Assembly (NCBI GenBank): GCA_964057225.1
Contig: OZ059895.1
Span: 16,182,001-16,246,000, forward strand
Length of the DNA: 64,000 bases
DNA from: Auanema rhodensis
Taxonomy: Eukaryota > Animalia > Nematoda
Reading direction: 5' to 3'
A program made the translations under genes and the position numbers. This document shows positions 1 to 12,538 of this stretch, one piece after another (position 1 is the stretch's first letter; each line of letters begins with the position of its first letter). The notes under the pieces are model-generated. The model made no database searches and was not told the DNA's origin. It was given only the letters and a program-made list of their open reading frames with translations.

Positions 1-4
1 TTAG

Positions 5-1087
5 GCTTGTATACATGGGCTGCAAATGCTCCACAGTTTGTATCCTGCTCTCAGGATAAGACAATACGTTTCTGGGATATACGTTCAGCTCAGTCCGTTA
101 ATGTCATTCATCCAACATCAAAAACACATAGTCAGTCTACATACAGCCTTTGAAATGAACACATTTACATATAATTCGTAGGTGCACCAGTAACTTCCGT
201 ATGTGTTGATCCATCTGGCCAAGTACTTGTATCTGGCCATGAAGACGCTACCGTAGTCATGTACGATATACGTGGCGGTCGAGTTCTTCAATCATTCCGG
301 TTAGTTTATAAGTTACATATTATGATATTTTGATTTGCAAACATGTGAAAAAGAACAAAATTAATTTTCAATATCATCGTACCGCCGCCCTTTACCCGTT
401 TGTCTGTGCTTCGTCCTTCTTTATCCAAGTTCGCAAAACCAAACTACATCAAACAACACTAGAATCTTAATTACCTTGATTTTATTATCCCAGCACGTGG
501 AAATATCACGTGGAACTTATTAGATTAATATTTTGTCCTTACAAACAATCTACAACATTTTTCTTTTCTTTTTTATCATGAAAACTGTTGGAATCACAAT
601 CTTTTAAATTGAAGTACATAATTGCATAATATAGATACAAATAATTATAATTATATATGATATAGTTAACATGAATCATTTCTATATTATTAGGCCACAT
701 GGTGATGAAGTGCGAACTGTTCGATTTAGTAATGCAGCGTATTACCTATTATCAGCAAGTTATGACAGAAGGTTTTTACTTATTATATATAATATATAAA
801 TTATAATTTATTCAGAGTTGTTATAACGGATATGAGAGGTGATCTAATGGCTCCATTAATGTATTTACCTGTAGCTGAGCACACAGATAAAGTCATCCAA
901 TGCAGGTAATTTTCATATTTAGCATATAAACCTTGTATAAACTTACAGCATTAACTATAATTAGCTTTATAATAATGATTTATTCAATTCGTTTAGATGG
1001 CATCCATTTGATTTTTCATTCATTTCATCCAGTGCTGATCGTACAGCAATACTATGGGCTTTACCAACAATGCCGGGATATCAGTAA
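5..1087 (+). CDS. nmtn-1: WD40-repeat protein WDR47/nemitin, 3' part only (5 exons visible)
   Basis: Spliced translation ...[15 protein letters not shown]...[19 protein letters not shown]...[36 protein letters not shown]...[32 protein letters not shown] matches the recalled WDR47 C-terminus; stop TAA 1085-1087; 5' end lies outside the window. Confidence 0.88.
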
Positions 1088-1926
1088 TAGTTGAGAAGAA
1101 GAACAAACAAGACAACTTGAATACAAAAAACAAAAACTAAAACATTTTGCCTTATATCCATATGCAGGTTTAAACCCCAAAAAAAATATAATTTTCATCA
1201 TAAAATTATTTCAAATTAGGTATAATGATTGATAATGTTGTGTTTCATAAGCTTCATATGCTTCATTCTCCTAATCACTCGCCATTCGTCACAATTCTTC
1301 TTCTTTTTTTTTAATTTTAATTAATTATAATAATATAATGAGCTTTTAGCATATATGTATATGTATAATATTATGTATCTAAGCATCTAATGTCATTTAT
1401 TTAAGTTCTTCTTTTGCTATTTGTTGCCTTCTTTTACAGGAAGTTTTACGGGAATTTCATTTTGCTTTCTCTCAGTGCCATCCTTCTTTTTTCTTTTTCT
1501 TTTTAAATTTGCAAACTATGAATCTATTAGTTTTTATAAACAATAACAACAACAAAAAAAAACAAATAATAATAATAATAAATTTTTTTTTGTTTTAGTC
1601 AAGTTTCAAGTTTGAAATTCAAAGATTACTCGTAAGGTTGCAAGAACATGCAAGTATGTATATATGAAGATCAAAACGTTCAGATTTTTTGAAATTGAAA
1701 ACCATAGACACACAAGCTCTGTACTGTCGTCAATTGCTTATCACGATCTAAGCTGGAACTGTTTGATAAGACAAGAGCCAAAAGAGTAAAAGTCCCAATT
1801 GTTCGACTTTGATTATGAAAATACATTGAATCTTATCAATTCAGGATGTGCGGCTCCTTTAGATTTTATTCTCGTTCGATATATAAATTGCATAGTTAGC
1901 TAGCTATACAGACAGTGTTATTCAGG

Positions 1927-3571
1927 ATGGGCTTGTCAAACACGGCTCTCGTCTTACTTCTAATTCCAGCAGTTGTATCTGCTGTATGTCCCAGTGGATC
2001 TATCTATGATTCCCAGTTCAATAGGTAAACATCAAACACCGTTTTATCCATTTCCTCATGATCAAACTACAAACCATTATTATTCTGAACTATGTAGTTT
2101 ATATTCAACTTTAGATGCTACAAGTTTGACAAAGCTTTAACACCATTCCTGTTAGCTGAAGAGAGCTGTGTCTCTGTTGGAGGGCATTTGGCCTCTGTTG
2201 GCAATGGCTTTGAGAATGCTTTGCTTGTTGGTTAGTACCATCAGAATATATCAATGAAATCAAAGCGTTGTAATTCAGAAAATGCAAAACAGTTCTTCAG
2301 AAATGCTGATTTCTGGATCGGAGCTAATACACTGGCTTCAAGTAATTGGTCTTGGACCGATAATAACTCCTTCCGATATGTGAATTGGCTTGTAGGTTAG
2401 TTATGACAAACTGTTGATTCATTTTAAAATGAAAGCATAAAGTTTAAAGTGAATCAACCGCTTTATGATGTCTTACTTGCGTGAAAATGAATTCTTCATT
2501 CATTATTTCACGTGATTAAGTTCACGCAAATCATTTCACGTAAATCATTCCACGTAATTATAGGAGAGCCAAAAACTGGCAAAAACTGTGCTGCTATTAG
2601 TCAGAATACAAGCTACTGGGTGTAAGTTTTATGAAATAAAATTTTTAGAAATGATTTTTGTCAATGAAAATGTTGCATTTGCAGATCAGATTCTTGTTCT
2701 AATGCTAAGCCATTTGTATGTGTGATTCCTCAACAAGTCATCACTCCTGCACCATGTACTACAGCAAGTAAGTTCGTATGTTGGTTGAATAGTGGATGAT
2801 GCATCATCAATCAATACTTTTTTTGTGTTGAAAGAGAAAAAAATGATTTTTTTCGTGATGAGATCATTACAAATTCATTTACAGATATCTATCATTGTGA
2901 TAGTGAATGGACTTTCTTTGATGTCACATCCTCATGTTACAAAGTCAGTTCATAGAGATGTTATGAATAAATAGAATTTTTTTTCTATTTTCAGGTTCTT
3001 CTTAATGAAAACTTTGATAATGCTGAAGCTACATGTAAAGCTATGGGATCACATTTGACTTCTATTCACTCTAAAGCTGAAAATGATTTTGTTGCCGGTA
3101 CTGACTACTTTAACAAATTTTGAAATGAGAAAACATCTATTGTAGCTCTTGCTGGTACTGGATTGACTCTCGGCTGGGATCAACAGGCTTGGATTGGAAT
3201 GAGGAGAGATTCTAAGGGAGCATGGATGAATGTTGATGGAACTAAGGTCAGTTAACTTACTGGTTTCTCCAAACTGGAGCCTCAAGCTGTCCAAATGAAT
3301 TGCCGAGATAAAGTTTATGTTTTGCTATTAAGGTTGACTATTTTAACTGGGGAAAAGGACAACCTGACGATGCTAAAGGAAAAGAAAACTGCGTTCAGGT
3401 AATTACTTGCAACATCTTGAGCTTATGCTGTGACTGATGAACCTCTTCCAGATGTTGCCTGATGAATTGTCCGGAAAACATAACGATGGACTTCGTCTTG
3501 ATTGGAATGACATCCAATGTACAGACAACATGAGAGCTTATATCTGTAAAAAGCCGGCTTATCACAATTAA
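1927..3571 (+). CDS. Secreted C-type lectin with two CTL domains
   Basis: ttcag just before ATG; signal peptide MGLSNTALVLLLIPAVVSA; CYK, HLASV, FWIG, WSWTD, KPFVC in domain 1; AWIG, NWGKGQPD, ENCVQ, WNDIQC, RAYICKK in domain 2; GT-AG introns. Confidence 0.9.
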
Positions 3572-3664
3572 TTTGTATTTGTTTGTATTCTAGAGTATAT
3601 TCAATGAATAAAATATTCTGATTCAATACAAAACAATTTTTTTAACTTTGATATAGAAAAGACA

Positions 3665-3733
3665 AGAGAGAGTGAGAGAGAAACACAGAGAGAGCGAAAG
3701 AGAAACAAAGGGAGAGAGAGAGAGAGAAAAAAC

Positions 3734-3764
<31 letters not shown>

Positions 3765-3790
3765 TAGAGAGAGAGAGAGAAAGAGAGATA
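3665..3790. repeat. Degenerate (GA)n microsatellite
   Basis: Interrupted GA dinucleotide tract. Confidence 0.9.
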
Positions 3791-4853
3791 AAACAACTCC
3801 AAATACGTGCAAAAGAGAAGGAATGGAAAAGAGAGAGGGAGAATCTTATATATACTATCACAAGTTTGACCATTAATCTCCATCTGTCCTAACTACGAAC
3901 TATTCTTCTTGATCTTACCCCCTTGGTCCTTCACCCTCTTATATCTATATCCTTTTCTTACTTTTTGGCATTTCCCTCTCACTTTCTCTCTATCTCTCTG
4001 TCTCTCCTTCTCCTTCTTCCTCTCTCTTTCTAATGTTTTCATGTTTTAGTCTCCTATCTCGCATTCCATTTCCTTCAATTTTTCGAATGAAATAGACAGT
4101 CATCAAGAAGTTTATTTGAGTCAAAACGAAATCAAAATGACAATACTAATACATAATGTGATCATTTCTACGATATTTTGGTAAGAAATTCTTTAAATGA
4201 CGTTCGAATTTTTAATTTTATGATGATTTTCTCTTATTTATACATGTATGTATGTTGTATTTCTTGCTTTTTAGATGAATATCTTAATGAATAAAATGAA
4301 AATATCATTATAAACAGAGAAAGGAACACACACACACACTGAGATATGACATACATCTGAGTAGATGATGATTTGTATTTCAAATAATGCTTTAACGATA
4401 TGATAAGATATTCAGGATTCATCATCAATCTCGTATGCTTTTCATCGTATTGTCTTTATTCATTTTCCATTTTAATGTATTGGATTGTTTGAGATATCAA
4501 AGATTATTCCTGGCTATAACTTTCCACCCTCTTTCGTCCATGCCGACGACGACAACGTTGACAGAGCCTCTCCTCCTTCTCCTCCTCCTCCCCTTTATTT
4601 TCTTTTTTTTTTCATTTTCAAACTATTGTTATTGTGCTTTGTATTCGACAATATTCTTTTTGTTTCCCAAAGGAAACCTCTCAATGTCTGTTCAATCGAT
4701 CTATCGCTTTTCAGAAAAAAAATTTTTTTTTTTGCTTCAGAAATTCGATTTTGACATTTCCTTAATTCTGTGTGGATTACATTACAACTTTACATTTCTT
4801 GTTAAATTTTTTACAAAAAATAATCTTCAAATCGTCTCAAACATCATCAAACT

Positions 4854-7202
4854 ATGGGTGTTATACGGTAAGCATTTTATTTTTTTTTTAATTTAAAAAT
4901 CAAATAATTTATTTTTTATGTTTAGGGTACCTAAAATAAGTCGAAAAGATGAAGATGAAGTAGCTAAAATTAAATTTAAAAATCGTACAAGATTTATAAT
5001 TTTAATTTTAACAACTTTATGCTTGTCCATTTCACAGAGTAATGCTTTAACTTTGAATTTTACAATTATTTGTATGTCAAGTAGTTCTGAGCAAATAACT
5101 TTCACTAATGAATCTGAATATAATGTAAGTTTCTTTTCAAGTTTTAAGCTTTTTATAAGTTTTCTCATACTTCTTAATTTTGTCTTGTTTTAAGATTGAA
5201 TATGCTTCGAATTCGTTGTTTACTTCATCCCAAAAAAATATGCTCTTCTCTGTTGTTGCTATTGGTGCAATGATCACAGTATATCCTTGCATGCTTTTGA
5301 TTCAAGTTGGTTTTTTCAAGCTTTATTTAGCAGCTTTATGACTATTTTCATAATATTTAGAGATATGGAAGTCGTGGTGTTGTGACACTTTTCGGACTTT
5401 TCAGTGCCATCTGTACAGCCATTATACCATTAGCTGTCGATTTGGGCTATCCATATCTTCTAGTAGTTCGATTCCTCCAAGTACGTTTCAGTTTTTCAGC
5501 CTTTTTTCACGAAATGTCGACGTTTGCAGGGTACCGGAGTGTCGCCTGTTTTCACTTTAATTGGTATTGTAACCATTCAATGGTCTATGATTAAGCAAAA
5601 TTCATTCTATATTGCTGTATTGACATGCTTTTTCCAGGTATAATTAAATTTTTATTATATATATATAATTAGAATCGATCAATAATTGAAATTTAAAGTT
5701 TGCTCCCATGTTCACAATGCCAGTAGCTGGAGCATTATGCTCGTCCTCATATGGCTGGCAATCCGTCTATTATGTCCATGGATTTGTAACCTGTTTTCTC
5801 TATCTCATCTTCTTCTATTTCTATAGGTTTGATGAGTCACATGATTGAAATTAACATGAATATTGGCTTTCAGGGAAGAGCCACAATCACATCGTTTAGT
5901 TTCCAATAAGGAATTACTCCGAATTCGAAGAAATAAGGCTGTAACTACTGAACGTGAAGCTGTACCATATTGGGTTAGTTTCTCCTATTCTATTCTAAGC
6001 ATACATGTCACATTTCTAGAAAATTATTACTTCACCAGCTATATTAGCCTGCTGGATAACTAGTTTTGGAAACTTTCTCGGCATTCAAACTACTATGCAA
6101 TTCACACCAACTTACTTGAACAAGGTCTGCTTATCAAGCTTGTTAACAACTTTACTTTGAAACTTATTCTTTTACTTTGATCGGATGTTTGATGTTTTGT
6201 ATCTTAAGGTTATGGGATTTCCTGTCAGTCAAACTGGAGTTTTCAGTGCAATCCCACAAGTATGCTTTTAGCTAATTTCAGCTTATTTCAACTTATTTCA
6301 ACTTATTCTTTCGAATTTTCAGTTTGTGACTTTTTTCTTGAAAATCATAGCTGGAGTTCTAGCTGATAAGATGACTTGCTGTACTCCACGGCTTTCTGTC
6401 AAGATTTTCAACACTCTTGCTGTAGCTGGCATGGGTATAGCTTTCCTAATTCAAGCTTATATTCCAATGTAAGTTGTCTTATTTCAAAACTGAGAACGCT
6501 TGGGCGTTGCTTCAATGAAACAAGCTCGAGTACTATACAGTCTTGCTTCATAACTTTCATTGTGCTAAGCTGCTGAGCAGCTGGCTGAAAAGTTGAAAAC
6601 AGACAGCCTTATGCATGTATGCGTTTCAGTACAATGCCATTCACAGCGTTAGGCATATTGATATTATCAACCAGTATCATTGGATTCAATTGTGGTGCTT
6701 TTTTCCGAAGCTCAGCTATTGTAGCAGGGTATGCTCTATCAGCAAATCAAGTTTTAAATTCAATTTTAAGGCAATTTAATCATTTTGTAATGGCTGTTAA
6801 TTCATTTATAAACTGTCTATGTGCACTATTAACTCCAATTATTGTAAATGTATTCGTGGTAGATGATTCTTGGGAGGAATGGTGGTATGCTTTTCGTCTT
6901 TTCTTAAATTTTTTTATGTTTTTCTTACAAATTAAAGGTTTGTTTGGATTGTCCATGGTCTCTTCCTCATCACTGTAAATACCGTTTTTGTCATTTTTGG
7001 TAAAGGAGAACCAGCTGAATGGACTAAGACAAAAGCTGCTGCTGCTCCTAAAGAAAAGTTCCTGAATAACAATGAATCGAGCATGGAAAACTCAATGTAA
7101 GAACTCTTTAATTCTAATAGATTATTAGTAATGACGTCATTTTAATTTCAAATTTTCAGGCTTCTTACTGGGAATAGACGAGAAGATTATCTACACTTTT
7201 AA
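4854..7202 (+). CDS. SLC17-family (MFS anion:cation symporter) transporter
   Basis: RTRFIILILTTLCLSISQSNALTLNFTIICM, LFSVVAIGAM, LVVRFLQG, FTMPVAGALCSSSYGWQSVYYVHG, GFNCGAFFRSS, GEPAEWT; multi-exon; possible alternative first exon at 4137-4180. Confidence 0.88.
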
Positions 7203-8033
7203 ACCATTTTTCAATACATTTTCACAGCTTTTTTTTTTCAAAAAAAAACTTTTTCTGTTTAAACACAACTTTCAAAAGAATTGTTTTTTTTTCTCTCAGA
7301 GAAGATTTCAAAAACTTATAACTATGCAAGAATATTATAAAAACCATTTTATAAAATTTAAATTTGCTTTTAATCTTATTTGATTAATTAATCTTATATG
7401 TAATCATATACTTACTGATTAATTAATACAATAATATCATAAGATTTGAAATGAGGAAAGGAAAAACAGACATTTGAAACATACACATGGAATAGTAGAC
7501 GTCAAAAATCTGAAGGAAAATACGAAGCTCATGGTATACAATCAATCGTGAATACATGAATGTTTGTATGTATGTAGAGATTAGACGGTGAATCAGCTTT
7601 CTCGAATTTTGTGTGCCAAACTAAAGGTAATCAAATCACAATCGAAGAATAATCAGCTTGTCTGATATGGCGATTCTTAGACTGCCCCAAATGGGTTCGT
7701 TTTTTTTGGCCTTTTCGGAGTATTAACACGTTGATGATGAATCAGTATTTTTCAAGTAAAAGTAGTCATATCAGAATCGTAGAAGACATTGCTTTCGGTG
7801 ATGATGAGCAATGGGATCATCACTTTTATCAAATAATAATGACGAGAGCAGTTTTGATATGGAAAGAAGCGATAGCATAATCCCACGCAATCAGTATTAA
7901 AGCTTTATTTTATCTGATAGAATTGGTTAGTCTTTTGGATGTAATACCAAAATGCGACAGACAAATCGTTTCACTTTCTTTCTAATTTCTTTCTATTTCT
8001 AATAATTTCATTTGAACTTGCCTATTCTACAGG

Positions 8034-9684
8034 ATGAACCAACTCTATAGCTTGGTTAGTGTACTGTTGCTTACTACAGCAGTTGCAGCTGCTTCTCACA
8101 ACTGTGCAGCTGGATTCCAATACAATCAAGAATACGATCGGTTTCAATTTTTCTCAGTTGTCGTGCAGTTTTAACAATGATGTGTTGCAGATGCTACAAG
8201 TTCGTTGCTACTCCAACACCATTTGTGAATGCGGAGGAGTACTGTAAGAATAATGGAGCGCATCTAATTTCAATTCGGAATGCATATGAGAACGTTTGGG
8301 TTTCACGTAATATAACCTATACTATATCATATTGGTTATATAATAAAAATAATTTATAGAAGAAGCTAAAAAACATTTTGGAGGTCTTAATTATTTTATT
8401 GGAGGAACAACATTGTATACTAATAAATGGTATTGGACCGATAACACGACATTCTCTTACACTGATTGGATGCCAGGTACTTACTTTGAAAAAAACATTC
8501 ACAAGAGAGATTTGAAGAAGATTCGAGAGAATTAGAATTGAGTTGAATCAGAGAAAAAAAGTAATTAATACTTGAGCAGTAAAAGGAAGAAACTGAGTGA
8601 AAAGTACACTGTAATTCTTTTTAAAAAAATATTAATTTTGAAAAATTATCAAATTTTTTTTTCAAATTCTAACGGATGGCCACGTATTTATTGGCACATC
8701 TAATATTTTCAAACATATAACTAACATATTATGCTAATCTTCACGTTTATATGATCCATATAATATTTTTTTTTATAGGAGAGCCAATTTATACAAACCA
8801 ATGTATCTTGGTTAGTACAACCTTGTTCAGCTGGTAGTAAGTAGTTAATGCTCATTATCTTTTTATACTATTACATATAAATTTTCATTAACTATGTGTT
8901 ATGATAACTAAATTTTAAATTTTTTTAGCTCGACACCATGCATGATTTCCAAGCCATTCGTATGTGCTGTACCAGCTACTGCCTGCCCTCCACCTCCACA
9001 ATGTCCAGTTGTTAAAAGCTGTGCTAGTGGATGGACCTTATTTGCTGGTTCCGATAACTGCTACAAGGTATATTTCCCCACTACCGTAATTCTGTTAAAA
9101 TGATGAAACTTTGTTTGTAGGTCTTCTTTGGAGCCAGTCAATATGTTGCTGAACGTAATTGCAACAACTTCGATGCTCATTTAGCTTCAATTCACTCATC
9201 TTCAGAAAATAACTTTATTGCTGGTACGTTATCAACTTGAAAACATTAAAACATCGTTTCTATTATAGCATTAGCTAGTACTGGCAAAGCACAAAATTAT
9301 ATGGATCAAGCTTGGATTGGAATTACTCGTACTAACAATGGCACTTGGAGCTGGACTGACGGAACCCAAGTAAGAGCTTATTAAAAACGAGTTGATGTAG
9401 AAAATAATACATACACAAACCTATGCTTCGAATATATATAAACTTCAGACAGATTACGCTAATTTTGCTGGCGGAAATGGAGGACCTTACACTAATCTAG
9501 GAAACTGTGCTGAGGTATTGCTTACTCTAATATAAGTATAATAGTTAAATCCTTAACCATATAGATATTAGCGGATGAAGTTAGCGTACCTGGAAGTTCT
9601 GGACAAGAAAATCAATGGAATATCATCGAGTGTAGTAACAGATTAAGAGCATATATCTGTAAAAAGCCTGCAAGAATCAACTAA
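8034..9684 (+). CDS. Secreted C-type lectin with two CTL domains (paralog of the 1927-3571 gene)
   Basis: Signal peptide MNQLYSLVSVLLLTTAVAAA; CYKF, HLISI, WYWTD, KPFVC; second domain HLASIHS, AWIG, WSWTDG, RAYICKK; similar intron positions to the first lectin. Confidence 0.9.
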
Positions 9685-9762
9685 ACATTCTTCATATTAT
9701 ATGAGAACAAATATAAAGATGATATAATAAATAATTATGAACATAATATTGATATTAACGAG

Positions 9763-9819
9763 AACCCATATGAGATACTAAACAAGGTATGGCCTGCTAG
9801 ACTCATTGAGTTGACCATT
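9763..9819 (+). promoter_or_regulatory. Putative U1 proximal promoter (PSE-containing region), shared by all 15 copies
   Basis: Identity among U1 copies begins abruptly at AACCCATATGAGATAC about 57 nt upstream of +1, the position where snRNA proximal sequence elements lie. Confidence 0.6.
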
Positions 9820-9980
9820 AAACTTACCTGGCTGGGAGCTGCCCGCGATCATCAAGGCGGGCTCTCTACGAAGAGGCCTGATCATTGCACTTTTCGATTG
9901 GGCTGACCTGTATGGCAATCTCGAGTTGAGATTCGCCAACAGCTAAATTTTTGCGTTTGGGGATGCGTTCGCGCGTCCCT
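9820..9980 (+). ncRNA. U1: U1 snRNA
   Basis: 5' AAACTTACCTGG (splice-donor pairing), loop II ATTGCAC, Sm site AAATTTTTG, terminal GC-rich stem GGGGATGCG..CGCGTCCCT; closely matches recalled C. elegans U1; 3' end +/- 3 nt. Confidence 0.96.
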
Positions 9981-10222
9981 TACAATCTCGAATATTAATT
10001 TCATGCTTGGTAATCAGAATATCGTGAGAGTTTCACGTGAGATCCACGTACATCCACACGCTCACTTCATTTTTGAATTATAATAGCACTTGACCGGTTG
10101 TTCTTCATGTTATAAAGTTACTTCTATACTACAATCTTTCTTTTCAGGAAATTGTGATCATTGAAGCTTAGAGAGAAGATTGCGTTCAAAACTTCCGTAT
10201 TCTGCAATAGAACCACAACATG

Positions 10223-10294
10223 TCCTCGGTAGTATAGTGGTGAGTATCCGCGTCTGTCACATGCGAGACCCGGGTTCAATTCCCGGCCGGGGAG
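10223..10294 (+). tRNA. tRNA-Asp(GTC)
   Basis: 72-nt cloverleaf TCCTCGG..CCGGGGA, anticodon GTC, GGTTCAATTCC B-box, TTTT 4 nt downstream. Confidence 0.97.
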
Positions 10295-10374
10295 AATCTT
10301 TTGCTCCATATCAATTTTTTTCTCTCCCATGTAATGCCCTGAGGCTAAATTATCAGCAAATGTGTACTTTGTGT

Positions 10375-10456
10375 GATCAGGTGGCCGAGTGGTTAAGGCG
10401 ATGGACTGCTAATCCATTGGGGTTTCCCCGCGTGAGTTCGAATCTCATCCTGATCG
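10375..10456 (+). tRNA. tRNA-Ser(GCT)
   Basis: 82-nt cloverleaf GATCAGG..CCTGATC, anticodon arm ATGGA-CT-GCT-AA-TCCAT, variable arm GGGG-TTT-CCCC, T5 terminator. Confidence 0.97.
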
Positions 10457-10552
10457 AATATTTTTCTTTAATTTTCAAGAATTTTAAGAAAGTGAAACCC
10501 ATATGAGATACCAAACAAGGTATGGCCTGTTAGACTCATTGAGTTGACCATT

Positions 10553-10713
10553 AAACTTACCTGGCTGGGAGCTGCCCGCGATCATCAAGGCGGGCTCTCT
10601 ACGAAGAGGCCTGATCATTGCACTTTTCGATTGGGCTGACCTGTATGGCAATCTCGAGTTGAGATTCGCCAACAGCTAAATTTTTGCGTTTGGGGATGCG
10701 TTCGCGCGTCCCT
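10553..10713 (+). ncRNA. U1: U1 snRNA
   Basis: Same sequence as 9820-9980, 733 bp downstream. Confidence 0.96.
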
Positions 10714-11250
10714 TACAATCTCGAGTATAAATTTCATGCTTGGTGATTAGAATATCTTGAGAGTTTCACGTGAGATCCACGTACATCCACACGCTCACTT
10801 CATTTTTGAATTATAATAGCACTTGACCGGTTGTTCTTCATGTTTTAAAGTTACTTCTATACTTTTTTTTGAGAAATTCGGATGATTTTGTTTCTGTCGA
10901 GACATTAATTTTCTGAATATGCATATATGATTCTCGATGTATAAATTTAATACGAAAAATTAAAAATTATATTCTATTGAATATGAAGAAGGAAATTAAC
11001 TGATTGGCTGATTAAATAAATCATTTCAATATAATTTCCTTTTATAATAATTTAAATGAGACATATACCGTAATTATCTGCACTTAATATATTCTTGGTT
11101 TTCAGGTTTGATTGAAAAATTGAAGAAATGACAATGTTCACCGACTCAGCACTGTTTTTGTATATTTAAGCATTCAAGATCATATGTATGATATCCGACT
11201 ATCAAATAGCTAGTTTGAGCAGTATATATAAAGAGGAAGGAGGAATGGAA

Positions 11251-11386
<136 letters not shown>

Positions 11387-12538
11387 AATAGAAATAGAAA
11401 AAGAAAGATCAAATTACTTATAATGAATCAGAAATACCGTTTATTACCAAAGAGACTGAATTAACTAAAAGAGATTCAAAATGAAAATTTGGTTTAATTT
11501 GAAATAATCCTCTAGAGCTTTGAGAGATTTTTTCGATTAAAGCTCACCATTTCATATTTATGACATTTTAAAATTTCTTTTGATAGGTGGATAAACTCTT
11601 TTTACTTTTTATTTATCTTTTCTTATAACTATTTATAACAATTAGATATAAATCGTCTTATCTTTTGTCACAAATTTGGAAAAACTAATCCTATTCAATC
11701 CAAATTTCTAGTTTCATAGAATCGGACGAGTTTTTAAGTTTCCAAAACTCGTCAGTTTTAACTGTCTTTACTAATACTATGAGAATATCTCTATATCTCT
11801 TCTTATTTATTATTTATTTTTAAATTTATTTTGTATTGTTTTATTTATTTATAATTAACAAAATATATTTTAAAAATATTCAAATTGCGTTAAAATATAA
11901 AACAATAGAGATAGAGATAGTGCTAATTCAGTTGCAATTGTATGAGATTGCAGCAGTTCTTAGTAGTAGAAGTATATGAAAATGGAAGATGTATCTAGTT
12001 TTGTAGTTGGCATTGAAAACATTTCATCGTCATGTTTAACTACATATCATTATATTTGCTGATAATCGATGATTTTTATATTTAAATATAGCTTATTTGG
12101 CTATATTTAAATAGTTAATAATAATAATAATATATTGAATATATTCAAATAGATAGATACCATATAATCTATAGATTTTGCATTTAAACTGTAATACGGT
12201 TTTAGATATAAACGAGAAACCCTAAGAACTTTCATTATATTTCATTAAGCTTCATATCAATTGAATGAATTTGTTGTATACTATATAGGTAAAATATATA
12301 TATATATATATAGCTAACTATATGTCATATAAACTATAAAAACATATACAGAATGAAATAATAATTTCAACTTGTTGAAAACTATTCAAACCTGTTATAA
12401 CTCCAATCATGATTTTAATTATTATTTTCTGTTCTAATGTTATTTCGATTCCTATATTTCTTGAAAATATGAAATTTTTAGAATTTGTAGTGCCTTGATT
12501 CTATTTAGATATTTAGTTTTTTTTTTCAGTGAAACAGT

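Noticed and set aside
1-6. TTAGGC nematode telomere repeat
   Set aside because: Single copy overlapping a splice acceptor; no telomeric array in the window
3601-3883. LSLSLS/ERERER ORFs here and at 11146, 15732, 30809-32130, 52095, 56634, 58318 and 60873
   Set aside because: Translations of GA/TC microsatellites
11726-11753. 10-bp perfect inverted repeat GACGAGTTTT/AAAACTCGTC; also a 23-bp tandem duplication at ~18873-18917
   Set aside because: Single short occurrences with no target-site duplication or second copy; compatible with local slippage
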